DNA of 63,866 nt, counting the filler, from Octopus bimaculoides (lineage: Eukaryota), in assembly GCF_001194135.2 (NCBI RefSeq). It is 8 parts of 7 records of this genome, joined end to end, with 100 filler letters (N's around TTAATTAATTAA, not from the genome) between each part and the next. Parts side by side here need not be neighbours in the genome. Positions count along the whole stretch, not along the records: positions 10,970 to 38,126 come from NC_068994.1; 7 more parts are not named here. One strand, given 5' to 3'. This document shows, one piece after another, positions 22,580 to 36,434 of the stretch (within the stretch, counting starts at the first letter, position 1; each line of letters starts with the position of its first letter). Both the position numbers and the translations under genes were made by a program. The notes under the pieces were generated by a model, which was given only the letters and a program-made list of their open reading frames with translations, had not been told where the DNA came from and made no database searches.

Positions 22580-23708
22580 CAAAACGTCGTCGTCGTCGTC
22601 GTCGCCGTCATCACCGTCCTCATTCATCGTCGTCATCAACGTCTTCGCATTCATCGTCGTCATTCTTCTCCTCCTGCACCTCCTCCTCCTGCTCCTCCTC
22701 GTCCTTCATCTACTCGTCGTCGTCCTCCTTTTCATCAACATCATCAGCATCACCAAGGTCGTCATCGTGACCCTCGAGATGTTGGTGATAACCACGATCA
22801 TCTTGATCCCCCTCTTCCTCCTCCTGCTCCTCCTCGTCCTCCTCGTCGATGTCGTCGTCATCATCATTATCATCATCATCATCGTCATTNNNNNNNNNNN
22901 NNNNNNNNNNNNNNNNNNNNNNNNNNNNNNNNNNNNNNNNNNNNNNNNNNNNNNNNNNNNNNNNNNNNNNNNNNNNNNNNNNNNNNNNNNNNNNNNNNNN
23001 NNNNNNNNNNNNNCACCAGCACCACCACCAGCACCACCACCACCACCTCCACCTCCACCACCACCACAACCACCACCACCACCACCACTACCGCCACCAA
23101 CACTGGCACCATCATTACCACCAAAATATCAGCATCAACTAGAAAAACAAATCTTATAATCATTCGTGGTCTTGCATACAGAACAGCAAGTATCACGACA
23201 ACAGTATGTCTATTCATTGCTAATACGTGAATATCTGATAGCTGTTGTTTTTAAGTCATCGGAGAATACCTCCTCCTTTTGACGATGTGTGCTCATAACA
23301 TGTCATTCAGGAGGCACGAAATAAGGTCGAAACACTCCGATCTCTTAAAGTCCGTCCTCTTTCGCCGGTGAATCATGAGTGTTAGGAACATATATCATTT
23401 AAAGAGAAGAGGTATTCTCCGATGATGAAAAAACAACAGTGGTCAGATATTCACATCCCAATTTGCCGGAATGTATTAAGAATTATTAGATACGTTATTG
23501 AAATTATTATTAACAACAACAACAACAACAACAACAACAATAGCATATATTCGCAGTATAACCGCTAATACTCACAAGTACAACAACGACAGCAATAAAC
23601 AACAACAGTGTGGATAAAAGTGTGGTCAACAACAGCAAGAACAACATCGAAAATAACAACAGCCTGTATGCGTAAATACAACAACTGCTTATCCACAACG
23701 ACAACGAC

Positions 23709-23766
<58 letters not shown>

Positions 23767-23969
23767 GCCAATAATCGCAAATACAGCAACAACAGTCGCT
23801 GTCCACAACCACAGCTATAACAATAACAACAACAACAACAGCAATAGTAGAGAGTAACCGCAATATCCACAATTACAACTACAACAACAACAACTTCAAT
23901 AACGGCAGTCAATATCCACAAATACCGCAACAAGAACATCTAATATCCACATCTATGACAACAGGAATG

Positions 23970-24033
<64 letters not shown>

Positions 24034-24037
24034 TAAC

Positions 24038-24101
<64 letters not shown>

Positions 24102-24103
24102 GA

Positions 24104-24143
<40 letters not shown>

Positions 24144-25030
24144 NNNNNNNNNNNNNNNNNNNNNNNNNNNNNNNNNNNNNNNNNNNNNNNNNNNNNNNNN
24201 NNNNNNNNNNNNNNNNNNNNNNNNNNNNNNNNNNNNNNNNNNNNNNNNNNNNNNNNNNNNNNNNNNNNNNNNNNNNNNNNNNNNNNNNNNNNNNNNNNNN
24301 NNNNNNNNNNNNNNNNNNNNNNNNNNNNNNNNNNNNNNNNNNNNNNNNNNNNNNNNNNNNNNNNNNNNNNNNNNNNNNNNNNNNNNNNNNNNNNNNNNNN
24401 NNNNNNNNNNNNNNNNNNNNNNNNNNNNNNNNNNNNNNNNNNNNNNNNNNNNNNNNNNNNNNNNNNNNNNNNNNNNNNNNNNNNNNNNNNNNNNNNNNNN
24501 NNNNNNNNNNNNNNNNNNNNNNNNNNNNNNNNNNNNNNNNNNNNNNNNNNNNNNNNNNNNNNNNNNNNNNNNNNNNNNNNNNNNNNNNNNNNNNNNNNNN
24601 NNNNNNNNNNNNNNNNNNNNNNNNNNNNNNNNNNNNNNNNNNNNNNNNNNNNNNNNNNNNNNNNNNNNNNNNNNNNNNNNNNNNNNNNNNNNNNNNNNNN
24701 NNNNNNNNNNNNNNNNNNNNNNNNNNNNNNNNNNNNNNNNNNNNNNNNNNNNNNNNNNNNNNNNNNNNNNNNNNNNNNNNNNNNNNNNNNNNNNNNNNNN
24801 NNNNNNNNNNNNNNNNNNNNNNNNNNNNNNNNNNNNNNNNNNNNNNNNNNNNNNNNNNNNNNNNNNNNNNNNNNNNNNNNNNNNNNNNNNNNNNNNNNNN
24901 NNNNNNNNNNNNNNNNNNNNNNNNNNNNNNNNNNNNNNNNNNNNNNNNNNNNCACCACCACCACCACCACCGCAACAACAACAACAACAACAACAACAGC
25001 AACAACAACAACAACAACAACAAAACCGAT
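22580..25030. repeat. Cryptic (TCG)/(TCC)/(CAT)/(CCA)/(AAC)/(AAT)n arrays with gaps; unique island at about 23150-23500
   Basis: Directly visible. Confidence 0.85.
23227..23454. mobile_element. Small fold-back element, about 53-bp inverted arms, no TSD found
   Basis: gtgaatatctga...ctgttgttttt...tcatcggagaatacctc is inverted at 23401-23454. Confidence 0.6.
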
Positions 25031-25293
25031 AACAACTGCAATGGCGGACAAATGATTCCGTGTCTCGCTTGCAAGATATATTTTCGTGTGAGGAAACACG
25101 CTTATAAAACTAATATGAACTGACCTGTGACATGGGGGGACGAACAGAACAATGGTACTTTCTGATGTTGTTGTTGTTGTTGTTGTCGTCGTCGTTGTTT
25201 ATTCTTTCTGTTAAAGTCGAGTAATTTTTCCCCGAGTATTTGCAATTGATGTTGTTTTCCGGCAGGGTGCCTGGATCAATATCGATCATTTAC

Positions 25294-25323
25294 CTGCGCA
25301 TGTACGTGCACGCTCGGGATGAT
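25294..25323 (-). CDS. Candidate 30-nt microexon, unknown gene
   Basis: Acceptor ttttttttgtttttattttatcag, donor CAG|gtaaat; all three frames open. Confidence 0.35.
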
Positions 25324-25539
25324 CTGATAAAATAAAAACAAAAAAAAACTTAGTCTTTGCCCAAGCAGGCAAGACTCTCCTTGTCACCTCACCGATGTTT
25401 ACCAAAGAGAAGGAACCCCGACTTGGGATGATACAACTTGGCACTAGAGACTCGTCACAGGCATTCCTTTCAGAGCGCAAAAGACCCGGGTCAGATATTG
25501 CAAAGCATCTTTCCCGCCCCTCTTCTGCACCGCTCACTT

Positions 25540-25682
25540 ACTGCTTTCAATTGCTCCTTTTTATCGACCCCGAAACAATTTAAGACAAAGTTTGCCTCAA
25601 CGGAATATGAACCTAGAGTGCAAAGATTCGGAACAAATACCATGAGACATTCGATCCTAAACACCTCTGCTAATTCGCCTAA
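25540..25682 (-). mobile_element. SINE family C, heavily decayed
   Basis: ttttatcgaccccgaaa...caaagtttgcctcaacggaatatgaac. Confidence 0.6.
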
Positions 25683-25744
25683 TTTCAGACGATTTTATAA
25701 ACTTAGTGAGCTACATATACTCTCTTTTTTTTTTTTTTTTACTT

Positions 25745-25942
25745 TCTTTTACTTGTTTCAGTCATTTGACTGTGGTCATGCTGGAGCACCGCCTTTAGTC
25801 GAGCAAATCGACCCCAGGACTTATTCTTTGGAAGCCTAGTACTTATTCTATCGTTCTCTTTTTGCCGAACCGCTAAGTTACGGGGACGTAAACACACCAG
25901 CATTGGTTGTCAAGCGATGGTGGGGGGACAAATACAGACACA

Positions 25943-25992
<50 letters not shown>

Positions 25993-26127
25993 AAATCCAC
26001 TCACAAGGCTTTGGTCGGCCCAAGGCTATAGTAGAAAACACTTGTTCAAGGTGCCACGCAGTGGGACTGAACCCGGAACCATGTGGTTGGTAAGCAAGCT
26101 ACTTACCACACAGCCACTCCTGCGCCT
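25745..26127 (-). mobile_element. SINE family A, full length, young-looking
   Basis: From tail cttttacttgtttcagtc to head ...cacagccactcctgcgcct, with an internal (CA)n. Confidence 0.95.
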
Positions 26128-26397
26128 ATCTTGATAAATGTTTAAGATCTCGCTTCGTGCGGATTCGTTGCTTTCATCGTTCTGTCGTTCTCCGACGACG
26201 CTTGGATTTATGAAAAATATTTGTATAAACCGAAAACATCGTTTCACCGATATCCAATATCCGCAACCATCATGTCTTCTTTTTCTGACATATTATATTG
26301 AGCTTTAGTTTATCCTGTATTACTTAACCATTTTAAGGGCGGATGTATTTAAGGAAGTGTTTGCCGCAGTTTCTTTCAGGTCGAGCGACTGTGTACT

Positions 26398-26715
26398 GAA
26401 TTGCATTGAACGTTAAAGGTATTAACGACAGTTTTATGGAACTTTATGGAAATAAAAGATTTCACTAACCCGAACGACATTCACAAAGCAATAACTCAAG
26501 AAACGTTCTCTCTAATACAACACAGAACAGTCAGTGTTCCAAATTATAGTAAGATCAAACTAGACAGACACTTTTACAACACGGGTGGTTTTATAACATA
26601 CATAAAAGCTTGTGTTGATTATATAAATATCACAAACGACAGTTATAAACTAATCGGAGACGACACCGAGCAAGAAATGCAGGTTTTCAAAATAAGAACC
26701 AGCAGCGACAACGTT
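26398..26715 (+). pseudogene. Apurinic-endonuclease (APE) domain relic of a non-LTR retrotransposon
   Basis: IALNVKGIND (NVxG motif), then after a frameshift AITQET...VPNYSKIKLDR...GGFITYIK, matching EEP motifs IQET, Y...R.DR and GG...YIK. Clade not assignable. Confidence 0.7.
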
Positions 26716-26829
26716 AATAAAACAAACACACACACACACACACCTACACCCACACACCCACACACAAGCATATATTTATGTAGCGTCACCGATCTCACAC
26801 ATTGTTCTACCATGTTATATATATCTCAC

Positions 26830-26903
26830 CTGCAATATTTTAACGCTCTGAAAAGCAACATCGTTGGAGAACATTTCAAAGCTCAGCTCATTGTTTTGAA
26901 ATA
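26830..26903 (-). CDS. Candidate 74-nt internal exon (xFQNNELSFEMFSNDVAFQSVKILQ)
   Basis: Acceptor cctattttgttatctgtag, donor CAG|gtgaga, single open frame (phase 1 to 0). Confidence 0.35.
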
Positions 26904-27301
26904 CTACAGATAACAAAATAGGTGACATAAAAACCAACTCAACTAAACTCACATAAGCATTAACACACACACACGCACACACACACACACACACGCACAC
27001 ACATTTAAATAAAGTGCGCCTCGGGTTATCTGAAGGTTTGCTAATGTTTATTTCGAAGATTTGTGTTGATACATTTTTAGCATTTGTTAGTGCCTTTGGG
27101 ACACTGCTCCGCTGGATGATATGGCTTTGCATATGTGTTCCGACATCCTGTAACGAAGTTGTTATTTGGTAGATCTTATTTATCTTGTTTCGCATGCGCT
27201 ACTACGTTCGTTAGCAATGTTTGATTTCAGATGTATTGGGCGAATGCGGTCTGGAGAATCATTCTATGATCCGATGGGAAAGTGAATAAAAGAACATGTT
27301 T

Positions 27302-27418
27302 CTTGGTCGGCCCGAGGCTATAGTAGATGACACTTGCTCAAGGTGCCACGCAGTGGGAGTGAACCCGGAACCATGTGGTTCATAAGCAAGCTACTTACCA
27401 CACACCCACTCCTACGCT
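27302..27418 (-). mobile_element. SINE family A, 5' part
   Basis: ggtcggcccgaggctatagtag...gaacccggaaccatgtgg. Confidence 0.9.
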
Positions 27419-27924
27419 TGTTGAATAACATTTTTTGAAAAAAAGCCACAATAATTATGCACCAACCCAATACATCCTACCGCAGATACGACATTCGTAG
27501 CAAGGACATTTGACAGGTATGCAGAATCTTTCATCAATTATTTTCCCCGATTTCTGACTGAGATTGGACATGACGTGTCATTTCATTAACCTATGCCTAA
27601 ATTCCACCAAGCTGGAGCAGTTTAATTAGACCCACCATGCAGTGACAGAAGGCCGGCTGACGTAGGTGTTCTTTTCCCCTTAATAAATCGAGCTGTGAGT
27701 TCAACGACCGATATTTAATTTTAATACAAACATAGATATACATATTTATACAAACAACTCAGATCTCTCTCGCTTCCAGCGTCTCTCCCTCCCTCTCTCT
27801 CTCTCTCAATCTTTCGTCAAGGATACTCTATATTTGTTTAGTTCTGCCTCTACTCTTCCTTCCTCCCTTCACACAAACACACACTCTCTTTCTCTCTCTC
27901 TTTTCTCTCTTTACCTATTGAAGC

Positions 27925-28075
27925 GTTCATTATACAGAAATAGCATGATATTGTGAAGTATGATCCGAGAATGTAGCACCTCTAGGACAATATGGCGCAG
28001 GATCGAAATGAATGGCTGCATGCGATGGAAGGAATCCGCCATCACTTGCCAGAAGAGGTAAACCCATGATAAAAA
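27925..28075 (+). mobile_element. RTE LINE extreme 3' fragment
   Basis: Translation ...DIVKYDPRM*HL*DNMAQDRNEW contains the AQDRxxW C-terminal motif. Confidence 0.55.
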
Positions 28076-28129
28076 TCATAATACTGTTGTTACTACTAAT
28101 GTAATGATGATGTACAATAAAAAGAAAAA

Positions 28130-28178
<49 letters not shown>

Positions 28179-28635
28179 NNNNNNNNNNNNNNNNNNNNNN
28201 NNNNNNNNNNNNNNNNNNNNNNNNNNNNNNNNNNNNNNNNNNNNNNNNNNNNNNNNNNNNNNNNNNNNNNNNNNNNNNNNNNNNNNNNNNNNNNNNNNNN
28301 NNNNNNNNNNNNNNNNNNNNNNNNNNNNNNNNNNNNNNNNNNNNNNNNNNNNNNNNNNNNNNNNNNNNNNNNNNNNNNNNNNNNNNNNNNNNNNNNNNNN
28401 NNNNNNNNNNNNNNNNNNNNNNNNNNNNNNNNNNNNNNNNNNNNNNNNNNNNNNNNNNNNNNNNNNNNNNNNNNNNNNNNNNNNNNNNNNNNNNNNNNNN
28501 NNNNNNNNNNNNNNNNNNNNNNNNNNNNNNNNNNNNNNNNNNNNNNNNNNNNNNNNNNNNNNNNNNNNNNNNNNNNNNNNNNNNNNNNNNNNNNNNNNNN
28601 NNNNNNNNNNNNNNNNNNNNNNNNNNNNNNNNNNN

Positions 28636-28682
<47 letters not shown>

Positions 28683-29215
28683 GTGTGTATGTGCGCGCGT
28701 ATATATTCACGCGAAATAAAGCGTGAATGCGACATCTGTATGAGCGCGTTTATGTGTGTGCGTGTGTGCATGTGTGTCTGTGTGTGTCTGCGTGCGCGTG
28801 TATATACATATGGATTCAGGTAATATGCATATAAACCTATCTACCTACCTACCTACCTACCTACCTACCTACCTACATACCTACCTACATACATACATAC
28901 ATACAGATATATATATATATATGCATGTATGTATATGTTTTTATACCAACCCACGCACATACGTCGTGTAAACAAATGTATATATACATATTCATACATA
29001 TCTACTTAGCAATATACGTCTTATTCTCCTCTTTTCACACACACACACGAACACACACACACACACACACATCCATCAAGATCCTCCACTGTAAGATCAT
29101 TAGAGTACAACCAATTCAATGCCAGAACAATAAAACCATTCCTTCGGCATTTCTTCTACTCATATAACAAATATGTGTATTTCTATGCTTTTGCGTGCGT
29201 GCAGATATATGTATA

Positions 29216-29246
<31 letters not shown>

Positions 29247-29593
29247 NNNNNNNNNNNNNNNNNNNNNNNNNNNNNNNNNNNNNNNNNNNNNNNNNNNNNN
29301 NNNNNNNNNNNNNNNNNNNNNNNNNNNNNNNNNNNNNNNNNNNNNNTACTCATACATACATACATATATATATATATGTCTATATATGTATATATATGTA
29401 TATATGTATGCGTATATATACATACGTACATATATATGTATATATATAGATATATATGTATGTGTGTGTATGTATATAAAAATATATGTGTAAATGTGTT
29501 TGCTATATATGATTCACATGTTGTTTAAATATTTACACGCATATTCTTTTACACAATTGCAATCTGTTTACGTACGTGCAAAGATACATTACA

Positions 29594-29594
<1 letters not shown>

Positions 29595-29672
<78 letters not shown>
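29595..29672. repeat. (TATC)n microsatellite; a second copy lies at about 31738-31797
   Basis: Directly visible. Confidence 0.97.
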
Positions 29673-29673
<1 letters not shown>

Positions 29674-29804
29674 CATTTACATCGACATTTATTCTCTTCT
29701 CTTATTTCCCGCCATCACTTTGCAATTTCCGCTTTCACAAATGTGTTTTGTATGTATGCATAAGTGTTTGCATAGTTAGACACCGACACACCCACGTACA
29801 TACG

Positions 29805-29838
<34 letters not shown>

Positions 29839-30223
29839 CATATATATATATATNNNNNNNNNNNNNNNNNNNNNNNNNNNNNNNNNNNNNNNNNNNNNNN
29901 NNNNNNNNNNNNNNNNNNNNNNNNNNNNNNNNNNNNNNNNNNNNNNNNNNNNNNNNNNNNNNNNNNNNNNNNNNNNNNNNNNNNNNNNNNNNNNNNNNNN
30001 NNNNNNNNNNNNNNNNNNNNNNNNNNNNNNNNNNNNNNNNNNNNNNNNNNNNNNNNNNNNNNNNNNNNNNNNNNNNNNNNNNNNNNNNNNNNNNNNNNNN
30101 NNNNNNNNNNNNNNNNNNNNNNNNNNNNNNNNNNNNNNNNNNNNNNNNNNNNNNNNNNNNNNNNNNNNNNNNNNNNNNNNNNNNNNNNNNNNNNNNNNNN
30201 NNNNNNNNNNNNNNNNNNNNNNN

Positions 30224-30541
30224 TCTTTGGAAACCTAGTACTTATTCTATCGGTCTCTTTTGCCGAACCGCTAAGTTACGGGGACATGAACACACCAGCA
30301 TCGGTTGTCAAGCGATGTTGGGGGACAAACACAGACATACAAACACATACACACACACACATATATATATATATATACGACAGGCTTCTTTCAGTTTCCG
30401 TCTACCAAATCCACTCACAAGGCTTTGGTCGGCCCGAGGCTATAGTAGAAGACACTTGCCCAAGATGCCACGCAGTGGGACTGAACCCGGGACCATGTGG
30501 TTGGTAAGCAAGCTACTTACCACACAGCCACTCCTACGCCT
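30224..30541 (-). mobile_element. SINE family A, tail lost in gap
   Basis: Near-identical to 25745-26127. Confidence 0.95.
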
Positions 30542-30796
30542 ATCTATATGTATGTACGTATGTATACATAGTGTCGCAATCTACCACCGTAAATGGAATT
30601 TACTGTGTACAAATATTTCGGGATAAAGTACGTATTTTCCTTAACTGTGCTTAAATTTGACTCCATTTTACCGATGCGTTATTAGAAGCCTCCATTTTCA
30701 GTTAAGAAGCTAAGCGCTGCAACTAACTGATGGCTGCGCTCGAGATCTCCGGGTAGCGATTCATATAGCACACGGACTCTCTCCGTCTCTCTTTTT

Positions 30797-30836
<40 letters not shown>

Positions 30837-30954
30837 ACACGTACGCATACATCATGTACACACATAAACGCACGCACACACATATTTGCGTATGTTTAAT
30901 AAATGTACATTTAAACTCACTGTACAAATAATACCACTGGTTAAATACCATAGG

Positions 30955-31015
<61 letters not shown>

Positions 31016-31310
31016 CTCCCTCTCCCAATGCATATATTCATATATCCATGCATATATATTTATCTTATGTGTATCATATGCATGTATATATATACATATA
31101 TATATATACGTATACATATACGTATATATANNNNNNNNNNNNNNNNNNNNNNNNNNNNNNNNNNNNNNNNNNNNNNNNNNNNNNNNNNNNNNNNNNNNNN
31201 NNNNNNNNNNNNNNNNNNNNNNNNNNNNNNNNNNNNNNNNNNNNNNNNNNNNNNNNNNNNNNNNNNNNNNNNNNNNNNNNNNNNNNNNNNNNNNNNNNNN
31301 NNNNNNNNNN

Positions 31311-31347
<37 letters not shown>

Positions 31348-31738
31348 ACATGTGTCTGTATATACAAAGAGAGGGAGAGGGAGAAGGAGAGAAAGGCAGG
31401 GAGTGAGATAGAGAGAGAGATTGGGAGAGACAGAAAGAGGGTAAGAGGTTCGTATGCTTTAACCACGGGGTATATTTGTACAGCGAGGCTAAATGTATAT
31501 TTACTGACATTAAGCAGCTAAATTCATTTAAAGCTCCGTAATTAAGTCAATAAACACACACACACACACAAACACGCACACAGAGACAAACACACACACG
31601 CACACTCACATACCTGCGTGCTCGCACACTACACAGACACAGAGTATTACAATGCAGTATTATATATATGTGTATAAATGTATGTATAGACATACACACA
31701 CACGCGCACACGTATAGGGGATATCAATCTCTACCTTC

Positions 31739-31799
<61 letters not shown>

Positions 31800-32644
31800 C
31801 ACACCCCTCTCTATTTGACTGTCTGTCAGTCCGACTGTCTGTCTGCCTGCGTACCTGCCTTAAGTAATATGTATAGTATGTATATGTGGATATATATTAG
31901 TTGTTCGAATTCGAAGTTTACTTTGGCCGTCATCTATATTAACTACTCTTGAAAATTTTCCTGGGAAATATACATACCTACAGGATCTTTACTGTTTACC
32001 TTCACTTTTTGAAAGTTTAGAATTAAGTAAAAATTTTTACATGGTTGATATATTGATGTAATTTCTCAAGTTGAATCTGACGACGTTGTTCATTTGTTCC
32101 AGAAGAGTTTTTTTTTTTAAAGTTACAGAAGTTTAAAGTTTGATCATTTTAAATCCATTCTGAAAATGGGATTTGGAAGCTGTCATTTTGTGCGTGACAA
32201 CATTACGACTAAACTTTCGTAACATTACAACAAGAAAACATTCAATGACGGAAGTTCTAATAAGTTTTAAGCGACATTTAATTAGTATTTAATGCGAAAA
32301 ATGACCAAGGAAATGAAAAAAAATGTTAATAACATATTTTGAAGCGAAATCGTGAAATTACGAAATAAACAAAAATGAACATAAAACGAAAACAAAATAC
32401 TGTATTTCAGTGCGTGAATACAGCACGAATCGCGAAAATTCAAAAACGAAAGTTTGCGATGTACTCCAGGATTTTGTCAAATAAATTGCTATTTTCGCAT
32501 CTCCTGCACTACATAAACTCGCAGAGATACGAACCAGCCATAGAACGTTGGGTGCCACAGCGTCGTTTATTACTTCACTTATCAGAGGTCCATATGCTTT
32601 CCACTTGTTGCATGTGGGTACCATCTTACGAAATATATATATAT

Positions 32645-32950
32645 ACGACGGGCTTCTTTCAATTTCCGCCTACCAAATCTACTGGCAAGGCTTCGGTCGG
32701 TCTGAGGCTATAGTATATATACAGTATATATGTATATACATATATGTATATACATGAAAATCGACCCCAGGACTTATTCTTTGTAAGCCTAGTTCTTATT
32801 CTATCGATCTCTTTTGCCGAACCNNNNNNNNNNNNNNNNNNNNNNNNNNNNNNNNNNNNNNNNNNNNNNNNNNNNNNNNNNNNNNNNNNNNNNNNNNNNN
32901 NNNNNNNNNNNNNNNNNNNNNNNNNNNNNNNNNNNNNNNNNNNNNNNNNN

Positions 32951-33001
<51 letters not shown>

Positions 33002-33170
33002 CATATATACGACGGGCTTCTTTCAGTTTCCATCAGCCAAATCCACTCACAAGGCTTTGGTCGGCCCGAGGCTATAGTAGAAGACACTTGCCCAAGGTGC
33101 CACGCAGTGGGATGGAACCCGGAAGCATGTAGCTGAGAAGTAAGCGTCTTAACACAGAGCTACACCTGTT
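32645..33170 (-). mobile_element. SINE family A: short middle fragment (32645-32716) plus a gapped longer copy (32758-33170)
   Basis: acgacgggcttctttca...ggtcgg...gaggctatagta occurs twice. Confidence 0.85.
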
Positions 33171-34847
33171 ATTTAAGACAGTTTTCCTTCTTCTGTTGGT
33201 ATTGCTAGCTATTGAATAAAGCTCTTAAACAATTTAGCAATATTCTCATCACTTCTAGAGTTTCTCCAATTCTGTATAAGTTCCGATAAATTAATTTGTC
33301 CTGTTTTGTCGCCTATTTCCGTATATTTAATCGAAGCAGATCATAAGCTCTCGGGATTAGATGCACGTACGTAATTGCAAAAATGCTTTGATATAAATTA
33401 CCGTCCTTATAATCAAATAAGTTCTCTATTTTTAACACTATATTAAAAGCTGAAATACTCAATGTTGACCTTTTTCTCTAAATGTGTTATTCAACGGCCC
33501 TATTTTCAAAATTTACACTCACTCTTTAATTTTAAATTTTAAGAAAATTTCTAACCATTGAGCTGTTTACTTTATCTAAATATATTATTTAATGATCACC
33601 CGCCTTCTTAAATCGCTTCCACTCATTCTCCCAACCATTTATTTTCTGTTTCTTTTTTAATCTCTTAAAGTTCTTCCTTTCTAATTTATGTTTCATTTTT
33701 CACCTAAGTTGTGAAGAATTCAAAGAAAAATGAAACAAGTCTATAAAATTAAATATAGATATATATATATAAGTACAAATATTAAAGCCTCTATTCTCGA
33801 AGCGCTGAGTTCTTGATTTGGTTTGCGTCTGTTCTTTTCTTTTTGTTATGTATCGACGTGGGGTATTTTATGATGTGATATTATTCAGTGTAAAACAAGA
33901 TGAAACGCTTTGATCTATCCGCTATTTAATGGAATGGCTTCATCAAAGTTAGAAAATATGAATTCGGTTAACTTACCCTGAAGTTTTCTTTCAAAAGATG
34001 AAATATCTTTATTATTTTTCTATGTTCTTGAAACTTTTCAAAATGTCTACATTTGCTGAAAATTTCGGATCTAATGTTTAAATAATCCGTTTGTATTTGA
34101 GGTCGTTCAGAATGAAATTTCTTTTTCAGAAATACACATGATTAAAGTTGTAACGTCATTAACTGATTAAAGGGAACGAATATAAAAAGCATTTCTGGAA
34201 AATATTGACAAATGCTACTGTGAAAGACTGCAGCTAAGCAGAAGTCAACATTTCTCTCCCAATTAATAAGAAATAAGAACACTTATGGTGAACTACTTCG
34301 AAACTTAAAACTTGTCTACTCAGATAGAAATTTATACGTATTTATTATTTAGACACGCTTGGGGTTTTCAAATAAAGAAATACTATTTTAACATACAGTG
34401 TGTAAATTCATTCGAGCTGCGAAAATGGGCAAAGCTTTCCTAAAATTCTACGTGTACATGTAACCTTTACATGTAGTTGTATAACTTATAATGACTGAGA
34501 TATTCTTCTCACTCAAGCACCAATTCTTTCTTGTAGAATAATTTCAAAAATTACGACATACATACATATATGTGTGCATATGTATATATATATATATTTG
34601 TACAGGAATATATATACAGATGCTATATTAACGTTATTATTTAAAGTTCAAAAATAACAACAGAACATTTGCTGATGGGGCGACTCACACATTCACATAT
34701 ACATACATACATGCATGCACACATATATACTTATTCATAAACACACATACGCACGTACACACACGCTTATGTTTACCCATATTTATACACAAATACACGC
34801 GCACACACATATATACATATGTACATCCATACACGAACACACACACA

Positions 34848-34905
<58 letters not shown>

Positions 34906-35069
34906 NNNNNNNNNNNNNNNNNNNNNNNNNNNNNNNNNNNNNNNNNNNNNNNNNNNNNNNNNNNNNNNNNNNNNNNNNNNNNNNNNNNNNNNNNNNNNNN
35001 NNNNNNNNNNNNNNNNNNNNNNNNNNNNNNNNNNNNNNNNNNNNNNNNNNNNNNNNNNNNNNNNNNNNN

Positions 35070-35134
<65 letters not shown>

Positions 35135-36397
35135 ACACATACACATGCAGACACATATTGAGACAGATTCATAGAATTCACACATTTCTTTGCATACGCA
35201 GAGGAATCTGTGCGCATGCGCACACCTATACCAATATACATAAATTTATTTATGTATTTATTTCTATCTGTAAATGTTTTTAATGATTTTACCTTCAAAA
35301 CAGTTACATAGATGTATTGATCGATGGAGAGGTTGATAGGCATACAGATAGTCACTTAGGTAGATAGAGAGATAGCTTTATAGATAGGTAGACAGATTAG
35401 CGAGAATGAATGATCGAGAGAAAGTAAATTCGGTAGATTTACGTTTATATATGTGTGCGTGAATGTGTGTGTATGAATGTGTGTGTATATGTATATGTGT
35501 GAGTGTGTGCGTATATATATATATGTGTGTGAGTGTGTGGTGTATGTATATGTGCGAGTGTGTGTGTGTCTGACTGTGTGTGATTATATACATTCATATA
35601 TACATATATATATATACATATATATACATATATATATATATATATACGTACATATATACGTATATGTAAGCATACATATACATATATACATTCATATATA
35701 CATACACATAAATATATATATATATATATGTATGTATGTATATATGTATGTATGTATATATNNNNNNNNNNNNNNATATATATATATATATATATACGTA
35801 CATATATACGTATATGTAAGCATACATATACATATATACATTCATATATACATACACATAAATATATATATATATATATGTATGTATATATGTATGTCTG
35901 TAATTGATGCAAAATATCTTATAGTGTGTGTGCTTTTTATATTCACGTTTGAAGATTGGTTTTACAGATGGTGCCGGCGGCCATATTGTACAAAGTATTG
36001 GATAGAAGATATTACGATGTATATGGCGTACTTGTATGAAATAAAAATGAATAAATAAATGAAAATGAAGAGCTATATACTGGTGACGGCAACGGCTGGA
36101 TCAAAGAAAAACGGTTGTCGTGGTGAAACAGTGTATTAGCGCTGGTGATAGTGATGAATGGTGATGGTAATGATTGTGATTTTGGTAGAGAGTGGCGGCG
36201 TTCGAGGCAGCCATATTGTAATCGCTCTGTATATTGGTTGAGAGAACGCTAGATTGAGACGACGGTGGTTAGGTGGATAAAGTAAATTATCGCAAGCGAT
36301 GACATGATCGTTGGTGATGCTACTGGTAGTGGCTATCTTGTTTCTGAGGTTGTTTAGTATAAGCTGTAGCTGTTGTTGTTGTTGCTGTAGTGGTAGC

Positions 36398-36434
<37 letters not shown>

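Noticed and set aside
32358-32624. 88-aa minus ORF with protein-like composition and an overlapping 112-aa plus ORF
   Set aside because: No credible splice sites and no recognisable motif.
35636-35885. About 100-bp exact duplication on either side of a 13-N gap
   Set aside because: Most likely unmerged contig overlap.
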